Positions 14,091 through 27,699 of a stretch of DNA of 64,000 nucleotides are shown piece by piece. Below the pieces are notes generated by a model. That model searched no databases. It was not told the origin of the DNA and was given only the letters and a program-made list of their open reading frames with translations. The position numbers and the translations under genes are program-made. Source of the stretch: the human T2T-CHM13v2.0 reference genome, Homo sapiens. The stretch is from the NCBI RefSeq assembly GCF_009914755.1, contig NC_060941.1; one strand, written 5' to 3'. Position 1 is the first letter of the stretch. The number at the start of each line of letters is the position of its first letter.

Positions 14091-15426
14091 TACAGGATCA
14101 ACTCAGGAAATTGAAAATAAGAACCGTATGTGCAGGCACGCAGTAAACAGCAAAGTACTTTTTTATTATTATTGTCATCATGTTCATAAGGTAGAACCTA
14201 GTGAAATACACCAAAGACAGGACACACTTCATTTTTCTGATGACCAAGTTGTCCAAAACCATTGGATTCTGAACTTCTTTTCTCTGGATTGTGACGAAGA
14301 TACAGAGAAATCTTTTCACTCACTGATTTTTTTTCCATTCTCCATGATTTTTCCTTAAAAGATTAGCAGAGATGTGTACAGTATGGTTTAATCATCCTAA
14401 TGTCTCTAGATTCTCAAGCAAACAAACAAAACAATGCTCTCTCCATTTTACAGATGAAGATGGTTAAACACAAATAAGTCCAAAGTGGGAGAGAAACTAG
14501 GATTTGAACCCCATCTCTCTGGCTCCAAGGTCACCTGCACTTTTTCAGAACTCATATGGACTTTCTGATTGCACTTATCACAGAACCACACCCATCATCC
14601 TCACAGACTTTTGTGGTAGACGCACTTTCCGAAGACAGAGGTCCCTTTTCATAGATTACCTTCAAGGTAGTCTGCTACTTAAATCTCCTTAGTTAAGCCA
14701 TCTTCAAATCACTTTGGCTGGAAGATAGGATCAGTTTATGTCTAAGACGGTTTCCTGTAGACAGCAAATCTTATCCATAATGGGTACATTTCCCAGGTTT
14801 AATCAAGGAAGGTGACATTTCCTGCCTCTAGGGTTCTGGCCTTTTAACCATTTTTGCATTAGTCAATGCTTGCTTAGAATTTGGAATTCAACTTATTTGT
14901 AGGGCTACACCACATGGTGGGATGAAAGTGGACTAGATCTGGACCCAGAAGATTAGGGTTAGAGCCTTCCTTGACTTTGCCCCTTACATCTGAGACCTGG
15001 GGGAAATTCACTCCACTGTGAGCATGTCTGGGTCCACACATACCTTAGTTTAAATTGCAGTGTTGCTCATGATTAGTTCTGTGACTATGTGCAAGTTATG
15101 CTTTATCTGAGCCTCAGTTCCTCATCCAGAAAAAAATAGGGTCAATCCTTGTACCCCTCATGATGTGATACTGCTCAACTGACATTTATTAAATAAATGA
15201 TATCAGTCAACATAAATTGAATAGCTGCTTAACTGATATTGATTGAATAAATGAAAGCATTTAAAAGAGTTCCCTTCCCCCTTTCTCTTCCTCTCTGGCT
15301 TACTTTCCTTATCTGCAAACAGGGATAAAAAATCTCTCTCCTATATTCCTCCTCATGTGACTGCACTAATTCCATACAGTCATGTTTGCAAAAGTTCTTG
15401 TGATGTTTAAGAGTCTGTGGTGACCT

Positions 15427-15582
15427 GGCCGGGCATGGGAGCTCATGCCTGTAATCCCAGCACTGTGGGAGGCCTAGACAGGAGGATCACTTGAGCCCAG
15501 GAGTTCAAGGTTGCCGTGAGCTATGATTGCACCACTGCACTCCAGCCTGGGAGACAGAGTGAGACCCTGTCTTTAAGCAAAA
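15427..15582 (+). mobile_element. Alu monomer (FRAM-like or collapsed AluJ)
   Basis: Single ~150-bp Alu unit with no A-rich linker, ending GACCCTGTCT followed by a short A-rich stretch. Confidence 0.9.
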
Positions 15583-15659
15583 ATGTCTATGATGGTCTAA
15601 GATAGAATTTACACTACCTAAGGAATGACATATGTTACTTCTCTTTCTTACAAGATTCC

Positions 15660-15990
15660 TACAGAGTAGGTATTATCATTATTTCCAGTTCCCAGATAAG
15701 GAAACCAGATCTCAGACAGTTAAGTGGCTTTCCCAGGTTCAAGATAGTCTGTGCTGGAGCAGAGATTAGAAGCCAGATTGCTCTAACTCCAAATCCAATA
15801 TTCTTCTCACTATAGCCTCTAATCCCATTGAGTCTAGAGGCTACAATCCTAGTCTCTGGAGCCAGGCTACCTGCAGTCCTATTTGGGATCTACTGCTGAT
15901 TAGTGATATGTCCCTAGGGGAGAGTTAAATATCATCTCTATGCCTCAGTTTTCTCATTTGTGAAAGGAAAGAAATAATAATGTCCAGTTC
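15660..15990. mobile_element. Two MIRs in opposite orientations
   Basis: CAGATAAGGAAACCAGATCTCAGACAGTTAAGTGGC (minus); TCTGGAGCCAGGC...TGCCTCAGTTTTCTCATTTGTG (plus). Confidence 0.7.
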
Positions 15991-16088
15991 ATGGGTATAA
16001 GACTCTTTACCTCACTTTCAGTTTCTTCAACTAAAAAAATGAGAAAATAACAGTAATTCTACTATGCCAGACTAGAGGCAAGGGGTAG

Positions 16089-16409
<321 letters not shown>

Positions 16410-17696
16410 TTTAAATGTCTTTTATGCTTTGACTACTACTAAGACTTCTGTGAAGAATCTAATAATAATAATAATCTAATAATAATCATTTCTTGAGTAC
16501 CAGCCATATGCCTAAAACTTAACCCTATGAAGCAAGGTTTATTATTCCTGTTATGTAGAAGAGAAGATTGAGAGTCACAGAAGTTAATTTGCTCTAATAA
16601 ATAATTTGCAGAATGAATGAATGAATGAATGAACAAGGTACGTCCTCAAAACCAGTGACGATCTGGAGAACAAAGCTTTTGTCTTTTAAGATCTTACCCG
16701 GCAGAATCTAGTATAGAATTGATTGCATAATGACATCAGACACAGACTTGGACAAAGTTACAGCCAAGATGTCAAATGAGTTTTCTGAGGCCTCCATCCA
16801 GCAGACACACATCATGAGCAGCCTAAGGGAGAACACATCAGGCCAGATTTGAATCTTGCCATTTCCAAATGCAGAGGCTGAGTGCTAACAGTTCTGTGAG
16901 TTCCAGATCTGCCAAGTAACAGCTTGATTTTTCATCTCTTTGGGGACACTTGATTCCTTGGATGATCTGATGAGCCAGAGCTGAAGTTTATTTTCAAGTT
17001 GAAATCTCACCACTGGTTTCTATTTCTTATGAAAATTGGATTCTCAAAGATCAGTTCCCCTTAACACCTGTGATTCTCAGTTTTCCATAAGCCAGATTTC
17101 AAAAAATAAAATACGGTCCTCAGAGTTCAATGACTCTTCTCATACTCTTTACAAATCTTTTGCCTTCTCTGCCACTTGGCACAATATCAAACAAGCCAAG
17201 GGAAAGAATGAAGGGGTGGGCACAGAAGCTTGGGGCACTGGGGAAAGCCAGCGTTCTTATTTCACCCCAGTGCTCCACAGACATTTAATGGAGGTCTATC
17301 TGGTAAGGTTGCAGCCATTGTCTCATTTTCTGGAAGAGGAAACTGCAGCTTGAAGAGGCCTGTCAACATGATTAAGATACGGCCCCTACCCTGAAAGGGC
17401 CCCCAATTCAATAGAAGTGACAGACATAGAAGCCACAACCTATGACCCAATAAGAGTGGGTACAAAGTACTCAAGGTGTGTGGAGGACAGCACAATTATC
17501 TTAAAAAGGAAGGCCTCCCTTTGGGAAGCATTTTCAAGTGCAGTGAAGTCATGCCTGACAATGTCATTTGGCTTTGCCTCAAATCAGTTTTTTCATGATA
17601 ATATGATTATATGCGTCCTGATTTCTTCAACAAATATGTAAAAAGACCCTGTGCTTGAAGATTTTGCTGTGTGATTTTAGACTAATGATTTCATAC

Positions 17697-17998
17697 TTTT
17701 TTGCTTTTTGTTTTTTTGGGACAGAGTCTTGCTCTGTTTGCCCAGGCTGAGTACAACGGTGTGATCTCAGCCCACTGCAACCTCCACCTCTCAGGTTCAA
17801 GCAATTACCCTGCCTTAGCCTCTCGAGTAGCTGGGATTACAAGTGCCCACCACCACATCTGGCTATTTTTTGTATTTTCAGTAGAGACGGGATTTCACCA
17901 TGTTGGCCAGGCTGGTGTCGAACTCCTGACCTCAGGTGATCTGCCCGCCTTGCCTCCCAAAGTGCTGAGATTACAGGCGTGAGCCACTTCGCCCCACC
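17697..17998 (-). mobile_element. AluS (Sp/Sq-like)
   Basis: Antisense dimer; TSD GATTTCATA. Confidence 0.95.
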
Positions 17999-18328
17999 GA
18001 TTTCATATGTTTAAGTTTCAGTCTCTTTATCAGCAGAATAGGAATAATATCATAATCCTTATTAGGATTATTCAAATAATTATTATTTCTCTAGCTACCG
18101 CCATACAGTTACTGTGGAACTCTAATGGTGAAATTTGCATCTAAAAGCACTGAATCAGCAGCAATGTCCTATTTATTTGTGAAGGATTGTATTGTTGCCA
18201 CTGTTGAAGACATCCCTTTATTTCTGAGTGACTAGACATTCTATATTGATTCTTCAGTAAATTAAATCTTGTCCCAAATACTGATCACACCAAGAAGGTC
18301 TCCTTTTCCTTCACATGCTTTGGATAAA

Positions 18329-18561
18329 CAGAATTTCTCAACCTTGACACTCTTGACATTTTGGGCCAGACAATTGTTTGTTGGAAGGCAAGGAGCAGGG
18401 GCTGTCCTGTATCTTGCAGGGTGTTTAGCAGAATTCCTGGCCTCTAACTCCTAGATGCCCATACCCACCCCTTAGTTGTAACAGCTACAATGTTTCTGGA
18501 CATTGCTACATGTCCATGGGATTGGAATGCAAAATTGCAAAATTACCTTGTTGAGGATCAC
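18329..18561. mobile_element. MER20 (hAT-Charlie DNA transposon)
   Basis: TTCTCAACCTTGACACT.TTGACATTTTGGGCCAGA...GGGGCTGTCCTGT...GTTTAGCAG...TGGCCTCTA.C.C.CTAGATGCC. Confidence 0.85.
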
Positions 18562-20235
18562 ATCAGGATCACAACCTACCCGTAGGAGGTATGCCGGGCT
18601 GGGGTTTCTGCTCACATTTCACAGATGAAAAAACCTGAGACCTAGAACAGGAAGGAATCCATCCAAGTTCACAAAAGGGCTTGAGAAACAAGAGTCCCAA
18701 CTTGGCTTTCCAGAACACCTATGTATAGAACTGCAGTGCCCTCTGCTAAGGACCTGAAGGGAAGGAGTAAGTCAGAGGGACCAAAGACTGGCCCTGCTCT
18801 TTCCCAGTCCTGCCTGAAACCCTCCCAGCCCCCTCTCCACCATTGAGTGGCAGCCCCCCAGGAATGCCTGCTCCTCTTCCTCTCCCTCCCTCTGTCCTAA
18901 CCTTGCTCCTTCCCTGTGCTTTGGGAGGGGGCTGCCCACTGAATGCTGGAATGGGCGTGGAACCACCATGCAGGAAGGACAACAAATGACAGTGAGGATA
19001 AAGCCCAGACTTAGCCCTCTCCAACTTTCCAACTTCAGGGGGATATACTGTCACCAAGAAGCAAACATTTGGGGGAAAAAAAATCCTCAAAGGAGATTCC
19101 TGTGTTGCCATGTAAGGAAAGGTCTTGGCCAGCTCTGGTCAACCTGGGAGAGTTGGGGTGGGGGTGAGCACAGAGAAGAGTATTGCGGTTCACTCCTAAT
19201 CTCTGCCCCCAGATCTCCCCACTCCCCCTTTGCATCTTTCTTGGAAGGGCCCCTCAGAATCCACCAAAATAACCCCTCCCTCCTCCTTCACCTCCCTGTC
19301 CCATTCGCCTTGGCTGTCCCCCCTGCAGAAGGCCGGCATGCAGCCTGGTGCACGGGTTAGGGGTGTGTAACATTTTGTCTGAATAGGCCCCTATGTTCCC
19401 ATAATTTATAGTGGTAAGTAATCTTATTTGCAAAGCAAGCCCTTACAGTTATAAAAAACAAGTTAATTGACTTGCATAAAAATCAAACATGTAAAAGTTT
19501 TCCATCTTAACACAAACAGCACACTGAGCCCATTTGTACAATAGCTATGATGCAGTGCGGCCCGCGTCTGGACTACCTAGGACCCGGCCTCTTTCATAAC
19601 CCAAAATGGAATCTTAAACCCTGACAAGGCCACATACCAATGGGAGTTACTGAATTTAGAGTCAGTCACTCAACTAATTATACGACGTTTTATTTTTTTT
19701 CTTGTGTCAATAAACAAACTTGGGTCTGACTTCTGACACTCAGACCTAGAAGCCAATTAAGAGGCGTTCCCAATATATTACAGGGTCTACAAACAAGGAT
19801 GGCTTTTCTTGGAAAAGTGAACATCATGTTTCTTTTAATGAGTGTGAAAATATATGAGTTTCTTAATCACTGGCAACTTAGATGGAGTCCAAGACAGGGA
19901 AATCACTGACTCCTGACTCTGGAATGAACAGGGGCTAGATTCTTGATGGGGTTTTTGCGATGGGATTCTCTGGTGAGTGACTGCAGGGAAGACAGCATTC
20001 AGGTGTGGCATGACAGAGTTGGTGGCCAGAGGCTGCTTCAGAACCCCAAGAAAGGCAGGGAAGAAGCTTAGTGGTGGCAGGGTCTTCTGCAGAAAACAAT
20101 GAGACAATACCCTAGTGACGTGGAGGGAAAATGGTAAACCTGCAGAGGCATCTGTTGCAAAGGGTGTCTTACAGTGCCACTCAATTATCCCCAAACCAAG
20201 AGCCCATTTCACGGTAAGGGGAAGGGGGAGGAAAA

Positions 20236-20420
20236 TTAATATTTATCAAGTTCCAATGATGTGCTGGGTGCCTTTGTTTTCTGTATCCTATTCAAGCCTC
20301 AGGTGATCTGCCAAAAAGATATAATTGTTCCTGTTATACAGATGAGAAAATGGAAGCCTAGAGAAGTGGAATGACTTGGTCAAGGCCACTCAGCAAGTTC
20401 ATGGCAGAGCCAAGGTCAGG
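20236..20420 (-). mobile_element. MIR SINE
   Basis: ACAGATGAGAAAATGGAAGCCTAGAGAAGTGGAATGACTTGGTCAAGGCCAC. Confidence 0.75.
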
Positions 20421-20554
20421 GCTCATTCTATTCAGTCCTGTTCCTTGCACATTGCTCTGGGGGGAGCAGGCATAGTCATGGCTGGAGCTCTTAGCAACTC
20501 AGGATCAGGTGTGATCTGATGTGTCCACTCTTTCTGGAAAATGGCTCCACCTAC

Positions 20555-20850
20555 CTATCAATATCTATTGAATCCCTACTATGTGCCAGGCACCATGTGA
20601 GGAGCTATACATCCCAGGACATGCAACACTGTTTCAGGGGAGACAGACTAGAAAATCAACAATAATAAGAATTTGATATATGTTCTGATGGACGCATTCA
20701 GCTGGACGGTGGGGGTTAAAGTGGAGGTGAGGTCAGGAAATACTTCTAAGAGTGAGTGAGCTTTCATCTATGACTTAAAATCCCAAGGTGGACAAGCAGG
20801 GAAAGAGCATCCAGGGGCAAGGACCAGCATGGGCAAAGGCACGAAGTGGG
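20555..20850 (-). mobile_element. L2 LINE 3' end
   Basis: TATTGAATCCCTACTATGTGCCAGGCACC...CAGCATGGGCAAAGGCAC. Confidence 0.7.
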
Positions 20851-21114
20851 AGAGCAGAGTGAGCATGGCCCTTCGGGATCCCTTCATGGCTGGGAGAGCC
20901 AGCTCTTGGGGACAGGAGGAAGACTCGGGCCAAGGCTAGGCCTAAGACCAGGAGGGCTCACTGAGACAGGCAGGGGGACTTAGGGGAGTATTATTTTCTG
21001 AGAAAGACATTGCTGCCCATACTTGGGGAGGGACAGACTGTTGACAATAATCAAACCTGAACTGAAAAGATAGGATGGCACCCGGTACCAGGGCTCAGGA
21101 CCAATGCAGCACAG

Positions 21115-21340
21115 AAATGGTTAGGAGTAGGGTTTCTGGAGCAAGTCTGCCTGCACCTGAATGTTGGCTTAGTGTGACCCTGGGAAAGAGACATGACTTC
21201 TCCATGCCTCAGTTTCTCCCCTTCAAAATGGGATAAGAAGAGTACCTAGTACACAGGTTTGTTGGGAGATCTAAGTAAGCTTATGCAAGTAAAACTCTTG
21301 GAACACTTTGTGGCGTATAATAAGAGCCTAATACATGTAA
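21115..21340 (+). mobile_element. MIR SINE
   Basis: GTGTGACCCTGGG...TGCCTCAGTTTCTCCCCTTCAAAATGGGATAAG. Confidence 0.75.
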
Positions 21341-22809
21341 GCTGCTGAAGAGTTCTCATTTATCTTTCCCTCCACCTTATAGGCTTTTCCACCTTGGACA
21401 AGTCTCTAATCCTCCCAGTAATAGGGGATCTGCGGGCTCTTGGTTCACCATAGGTGCTCAATGAATAACAGCTGTCATCATTGCTTCCACCATCATTATC
21501 ACTATCTCTGAAATAACAATGTTTTGCCTTCCCAGGGGAACAAGTGTCACAGCCACCATCTCCTCACCACGAACTGTCCGGACAGGCTGACATGCCACCC
21601 AGGCAGGCAAGACAAATGGACTTGCCACCTACACGGAGCACACGTGCACACCAGGGGCACGTAGCCCAACTCGTTAGCACAACAGGGCTCCCTTCTTTTT
21701 GGCACTGCTTCTCTGCTCTGTATGTGCTTTGCTCAGAGTGAAGGTCCCCGTTATTTATGTTTGGAAAATGCATTCAGGGCAGTTCCCAGAAGCACTTACA
21801 GAGCTCTTATTTAATTGCTACTTTATAAACTCACTGCTCCGAAGAGTGAGGGATTGATGGCCCGGCCTGGCACCTGGAGTAGCCTTGCTGCAAATGCTTT
21901 TCCGAGAATGGTCTGGGAGCCGTCCTCCAAGGAGGCCAAGGCCCAATGCAGCCCTGGCCTACGTCCAACTCTGGAGGGCACTGTAGGACTCGTCACCCTA
22001 ATCCCCAGCTTTGGGATGGCAGCGGTTGCCAGTGTGGTCACACATACACACACATACACACACACAGACACACACAAGAAGACCCCTCATCAGTTCAAGA
22101 CCAAGAATGTGCAGGGGTAGGAGAGGCCTGTCACTCACCGTTCACCCTCCCTTGCCAGAGACCTGCAAAACCCCAGCCATGAGGACATCCCAGGCCCCAG
22201 ATCTGGGCAGGGTGGGGACACTTTTTTCAGGTCCCACCAAGCCCATCTCCCATTTGCCTCATGCTTATGCGTTGGGGTCCAGCAGGACTGGGCTGGTGTC
22301 CCCAGCTCTCCCATGTTCAGAGCAAGTTATTTAATCTCACTGAGCCTTGGTTTTCTCACTTATAAAATGTGGTTTATAGATTCCATTTCTCAGCATCATT
22401 GAGGGAATGAAATGAAATTATTATGGTGCCATTCCTGGCATGTAGAAGTAGAAGATCAATAAATGTTATTTATTGGATTTCTACAGCCACAGAAATAAAG
22501 GATCAAGTATCTTTCTTGAAGGTCTGAGATTCATCAAGGCTAAACCTCCCATCCAGATAAAATATGGGACTTCATAATGATCCCTTTTATTTATGCAGTC
22601 ACTGTATGTCATACTATCATGCTTTATGGTTCCCAAAAAGCATTTTACAAGCCTTGTCTCAAATGACCTTCACTAGCCATCAGGGTTTTGATTATGCACC
22701 TCATTTTACAGATGAGGATCTAAGGCATGGATCCTACTGGTCAATCAACCAATTTCTGCCTCCAAATCTTGCTTGCATTCCTTTGCACCACATTACCTAG
22801 CCCACTCTC

Positions 22810-23225
22810 AGGTAGACCAAGGCCCATTTGTGCCTCCAAGATGGCTCTCAGTGATCCCCCCTTCTGGGTTCATATGCTAGTACAGTCTTCTCCCATAGCG
22901 AAGAGGACAGACCTGAATAGCCAAAAGGATATTGTGGAAGTGACAGCATGTGACCTCCAAGGCGAGATCATAACAGACATCGCTACTTCTACCTTGCTCT
23001 CTCGATCACTCCCCATGGGGGAAGCCTGTTGGTACGACACTCAAGTAGCCCTATGGAGAGGTTCTTGTGGTGAGACACTGAGGCTTTCTGCCTAACACCA
23101 AAATAAATTTGCCAGCCACAGGACCGAGCCATCTTGGAAGCAGACTCTCCAGCCAAAAACCAAAACTTCCACCTAATCCTGACTACAACCTCACAAGAGA
23201 TCCCCAAGCTAAAACCATCCAACTC
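22810..23225 (+). mobile_element. MaLR LTR (MLT1F-like), 3' truncated
   Basis: GCCTCCAAGATGGCTCTCAGTGATCC...GAAGTGACAGCATGTGAC...GAGCCATCTTGGAAGCAGA. Confidence 0.8.
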
Positions 23226-23292
23226 TTACATACCTACCTACTTGCATCCTACACAATACATGCATTTATTTCAGACTACACCAGTGCTATAA

Positions 23293-23658
<366 letters not shown>

Positions 23659-23839
23659 TAGGGTGTGTTTGTTCACTTTCCAGATAAAGGCCACACTATC
23701 ACTTCTGTGTGTGTGTAGCCCCCTCAAAGGAGGATTCTAATAACCAGCCTTTTCAAAAAGCAAGTGGTTAGTGTATATTTTAACATTTCAAGACCAACAC
23801 TTCTTGGTCTTTGGCTTGCTTTTCACCTCCCCTGTCCAT

Positions 23840-24432
23840 GTCTTCAGCTCAGACCCGAATTTTTCCCCACTGGCCTATAGCAACAGCTTCCTAGCTGGTT
23901 TCCTGACTTCCAGTTGCACCTTTCTGTTTCTTCCACGTTAGTGTCATGCAAATACCATCTCATTTTTTTAAAACATCTGCTTTAAAAACCCAGTCACTCC
24001 ACAGAAGGAAGCCAAGCTCTACAGCATGCCTTACAAGACTTCCTGATGGGCCTCCACTCTTTGTTTCTCCCCACTGAATTGCTCCTAGATCCCCAAGTGC
24101 ATCCTGGCATTCTTGCCTTTGTGCTTTGGCACTAACTGTGCTTTCTCTCAAGGAGCCCATCTCTGCCTTGTCCACCTGGCAAAATTCTATTCATCCTTCA
24201 AAACCCACCTCAGTCATGACTGTCTTGAAATCTTCCCCATATCTCCAGGCAGAGTTAGGTCCCCTCTGTTCTCTTGGTTGTATCTCTCTGATAACGCCCA
24301 GCACTTTGTTAGAATTATACACTCTCCCCTGCTAGACTGGGAGCTCCTAGAGTTCTGTTTATTTTTGTTCTCTCGGCATCTAGTTCAATGGCTTGGCACA
24401 TAATAGCTGATCAATGAAAATGTATTGAATAA
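23840..24432 (+). mobile_element. L2 LINE 3' region
   Basis: CAACAGCTTCCTAGCTGGT...TATTCATCCTTCAAAACCCACCTCA...CTAGACTGGGAGCTCC...TGGCACATAATAG. Confidence 0.8.
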
Positions 24433-24915
<483 letters not shown>

Positions 24916-25138
24916 CTATGGCTTCTTCTTTGAGCACTCCCAGCAGTTCACAAGAGGGTCTGATTTTCCACTTGCTTTAAACTCTGCCTGAACTCTGTGG
25001 GCTGTTGATCCTCCATAGCTTCCATCCCTGCCAGGTCTCCTGGAATCTTTGTGTTTTTCTTTTATAAACGCTACCAATGGGTTTTATAAGGTCACGTAGC
25101 ATTTCCCTTTCCTATCTTCAGTTCATGGAATCTCACTG

Positions 25139-25173
25139 CATTCATTCATTCATTCATTCATTCATTCATTCAT
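25139..25173. repeat. (ATTC)n tetranucleotide
   Basis: About 8 CATT units. Confidence 0.9.
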
Positions 25174-25189
25174 TTGCTCATTATTACTA

Positions 25190-25405
25190 TGGGAGTTAGA
25201 GTTTGATATATACCATAAAGCCTAACTGCCAGGGTTCAAATCCTGTCAAGTTCTGTACCTTGGGCAAGTGACTTAACTTCTCTGTGCCCTCAGCTGCCAC
25301 ATCTATAAAGTGGGGATATAACAGTGTCTATGCCACAAGGCTGTTGTGAGGATTCTAAGAGATAGTATTGAGAAAAAGCAAGAAGAGCTCAAGAAATATT
25401 AGTGT
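25190..25405 (+). mobile_element. MIR SINE
   Basis: GGGTTCAAATCC...CCTTGGGCAAGTGACTTAACTTCTCTGTGCC...GGCTGTTGTGAGGATT. Confidence 0.8.
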
Positions 25406-25899
25406 TTATTCATTCAGCAAACATTTCTTTAGTACTTATTTGGGCCAGACCCTGTTAGATGTGAAAGAGAATAAGACAAGTTTCCTGCACGCTGGAGTCC
25501 ACAGATCAGTGAGAAAGACAGGGAAAGACACATAATTACAAATGCCGTTGAAATACCAAAGGAAGGCATGTTCTCAGTGGTTACTGGCAGCAAAGAGGAA
25601 GGAGTAAATACCTTTGTTGATGAGGGAGTCAGAAATGCATTATTGAAAAAGTGACAGCTCCAGGTGCACACACCAGTGAGAGTGGAAACATAGCTGCAGA
25701 CTCAGATGGCCTTCAATGGTATGCCACTCAGGGAACAGGCACTTGGAGAAACTGAAGCACTTGAGGCTCTGCCATCCTTACACTTGCATTTAAGAAAGCT
25801 CACTCTGTGACCAGCTTAGTGGCCACTGCAGTCATCCAGGCAAGATGTGATGAACTAAGATAAGGAAAAAGAAGGAACAAACTTGAAAGACATTTAGAG

Positions 25900-26118
25900 C
25901 AGAAGGTTGGCATACTTTACCTGTAAAAGGCCAGATAATAAGTATTTCAGATTTTGCAGACCAAACAACCTGCCGCAACTCCTCAACTCCTCTGTTGCAA
26001 AAGCAGCCATAGACAATTTGCAAACAAATGAGCGTGGCTGTGTTCCAATAAAACTTTATATTACAAAAGGAGGCTGCAGGCCAGATTGGACCCACAAGCC
26101 AGAGTTTGCCAGCTCCTG
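25900..26118. mobile_element. MER58A (hAT-Charlie)
   Basis: GTAAAAGGCCAGATAATAAGTATTT...AAAGCAGCCATAGACAA...GGCTGTGTTCCAATAAAACTTTAT; degenerate 8-bp TSD ATTTAGAG/ATTTGAAG. Confidence 0.9.
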
Positions 26119-26774
26119 ATTTGAAGGCAAATGGACAGGAATCCACATCCATCCTGGAATGTAGGGAAAGTGTAGGAGGAGGGCCAGGGTGGAGGATTTC
26201 AAGAACCTCAAGTGGTCACCAGGTCCAGCACTCTGTTGCTATGGCTAATGGCTAAACTATGTTCATTCATAATACAGAATCCTATACAACTATCTCGAAT
26301 GGTCACCAGGTCCAGCACTTCTTCCTTGCCAGAAGGCCTAGCAGTATTCCACATCAAGTTATGTTCCTCAAAAATGTAGAGATTCAGATTCAACAAACTC
26401 CTCTGTGTTGGAAAGTTTTTTTTCTACAGCTGTTGATGCCCCACAGGACTCACGATCCTGCTCCCATCTTTGGAGAGATTGGAGAGCAGTTGTGAGACAT
26501 TGACCCAGGGTGTAACCTTACAGATTGCCCAGCACCCCATTTCCAACACAGACCAGCTCCAGGCCTATAGGAGAAGTCAGAGCAACCACTTCCCAGCTGA
26601 GCTACACAGCAGGGAAAAAGCTGGCTCTTAAGGCAGCACACACACTTCAGCAGCCTGTCTGGATTTATGCAATAACAGACTGCTGGAAAACTGCATGTGA
26701 CTCTAATTTGGGGAAGTCGTAAGTACCAAGAAAGCTGGCTATTTAAAGAAATCATGCAGATAATTCTAATGTAA

Positions 26775-27500
26775 AGTGTTTCCCATTATATCCTTCTGCA
26801 CTGTTTGTAGGAACATCAATTGGTTTGAAACTTTTGAAAGGTGCTTTGGTTGTAGCTTTCATAGTTTTAAAACATCCCTTTACCCAGCATTGCCACCTCT
26901 AGAAATGTATCCCCTGGAAATACTGGAAAGCACATATGAGCTAGGTTATGTTTTTGGTAGCATTCACTGCAAGAGCAAGATTAAAATTTAAATGCTCATC
27001 AGTAGGGAAATGGCTAAACTACGGTTCACTCATAGTACAGAATACTACACAACAATTAAAAGTTTGTGATAGACTCGTAGGAATTGACACAAATTGTTCT
27101 GATTCATTGTGTAAAAAACAAAAAAGCAAGTCACAGTTCATTAAAAGTGATTTTAGTTTTGAAAAATAACTACGTAAGTACCTGCGTGAATGTATGCAAT
27201 GCTTAGCAAGGCCAGGACTGGGGTGAGGCAACAAGGACACCCAGGGAGCAAAATTTAAGGAGGCCCTCATTCTCAGGCTTATGGAAGTATCAACTCTGCC
27301 CTGCACAGGCGAGAGAGTGAGGGCCTCCTTAAATTTTGTGCCCAAGGTGCCTCACTTGCCTCACCTTAATCTGGCCCTTACACAGAAAAATGTTTTGATA
27401 ACACAGGTTATCAATGGAGAGAAGTGTTGAAAGAATGGCAGGTAGAAATCTTCACTTTACGGCGTTTTGTAATGTTCAATTTTTAAATAAAAATAAGTGA
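26775..27500 (+). mobile_element. Old L1M 3' fragment, interrupted by MER91A
   Basis: CCCAGCATTGCCACCTCTAGAAATGTATCC...AAATGCTCATCAGTAGGGAAATGGCTAAAC resembles the L1M ORF2 end/3' UTR. Confidence 0.65.
27208..27378. mobile_element. MER91A-like palindromic MITE (hAT-Tip100)
   Basis: Terminal IR GGCCAG...GGTGAGGCAA / TTGCCTCACC...CTGGCC; perfect inner 21-bp IR at 27249-27269 and 27318-27338. Confidence 0.85.
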
Positions 27501-27699
27501 ATTCATTAGGTTATTAACAAAGCCGAATTTCATTTTAAAAATCCACCATCAATTTATCTCATAAATGTAGACTGCATAAGTTGAGTATTTTCTAAAATAC
27601 ATGTCTGTATATTACCCTAATAATAGCTAACATTAATTTATTAAGTGCGAATGTGCCTGGTACTTTCATGATACTGGATATCATGACCACAGTCACCAA

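Noticed and set aside
15427-15582. Possible 7SL or BC200-type RNA gene
   Set aside because: Lacks the 7SL S-domain and the BC200 unique 3' region; it is a decayed Alu monomer
26213-26319. Repeat-spacer-repeat pattern reminiscent of a CRISPR unit
   Set aside because: Only two repeats, primate genomic context and no cas genes; better explained as a duplication flanking a templated insert
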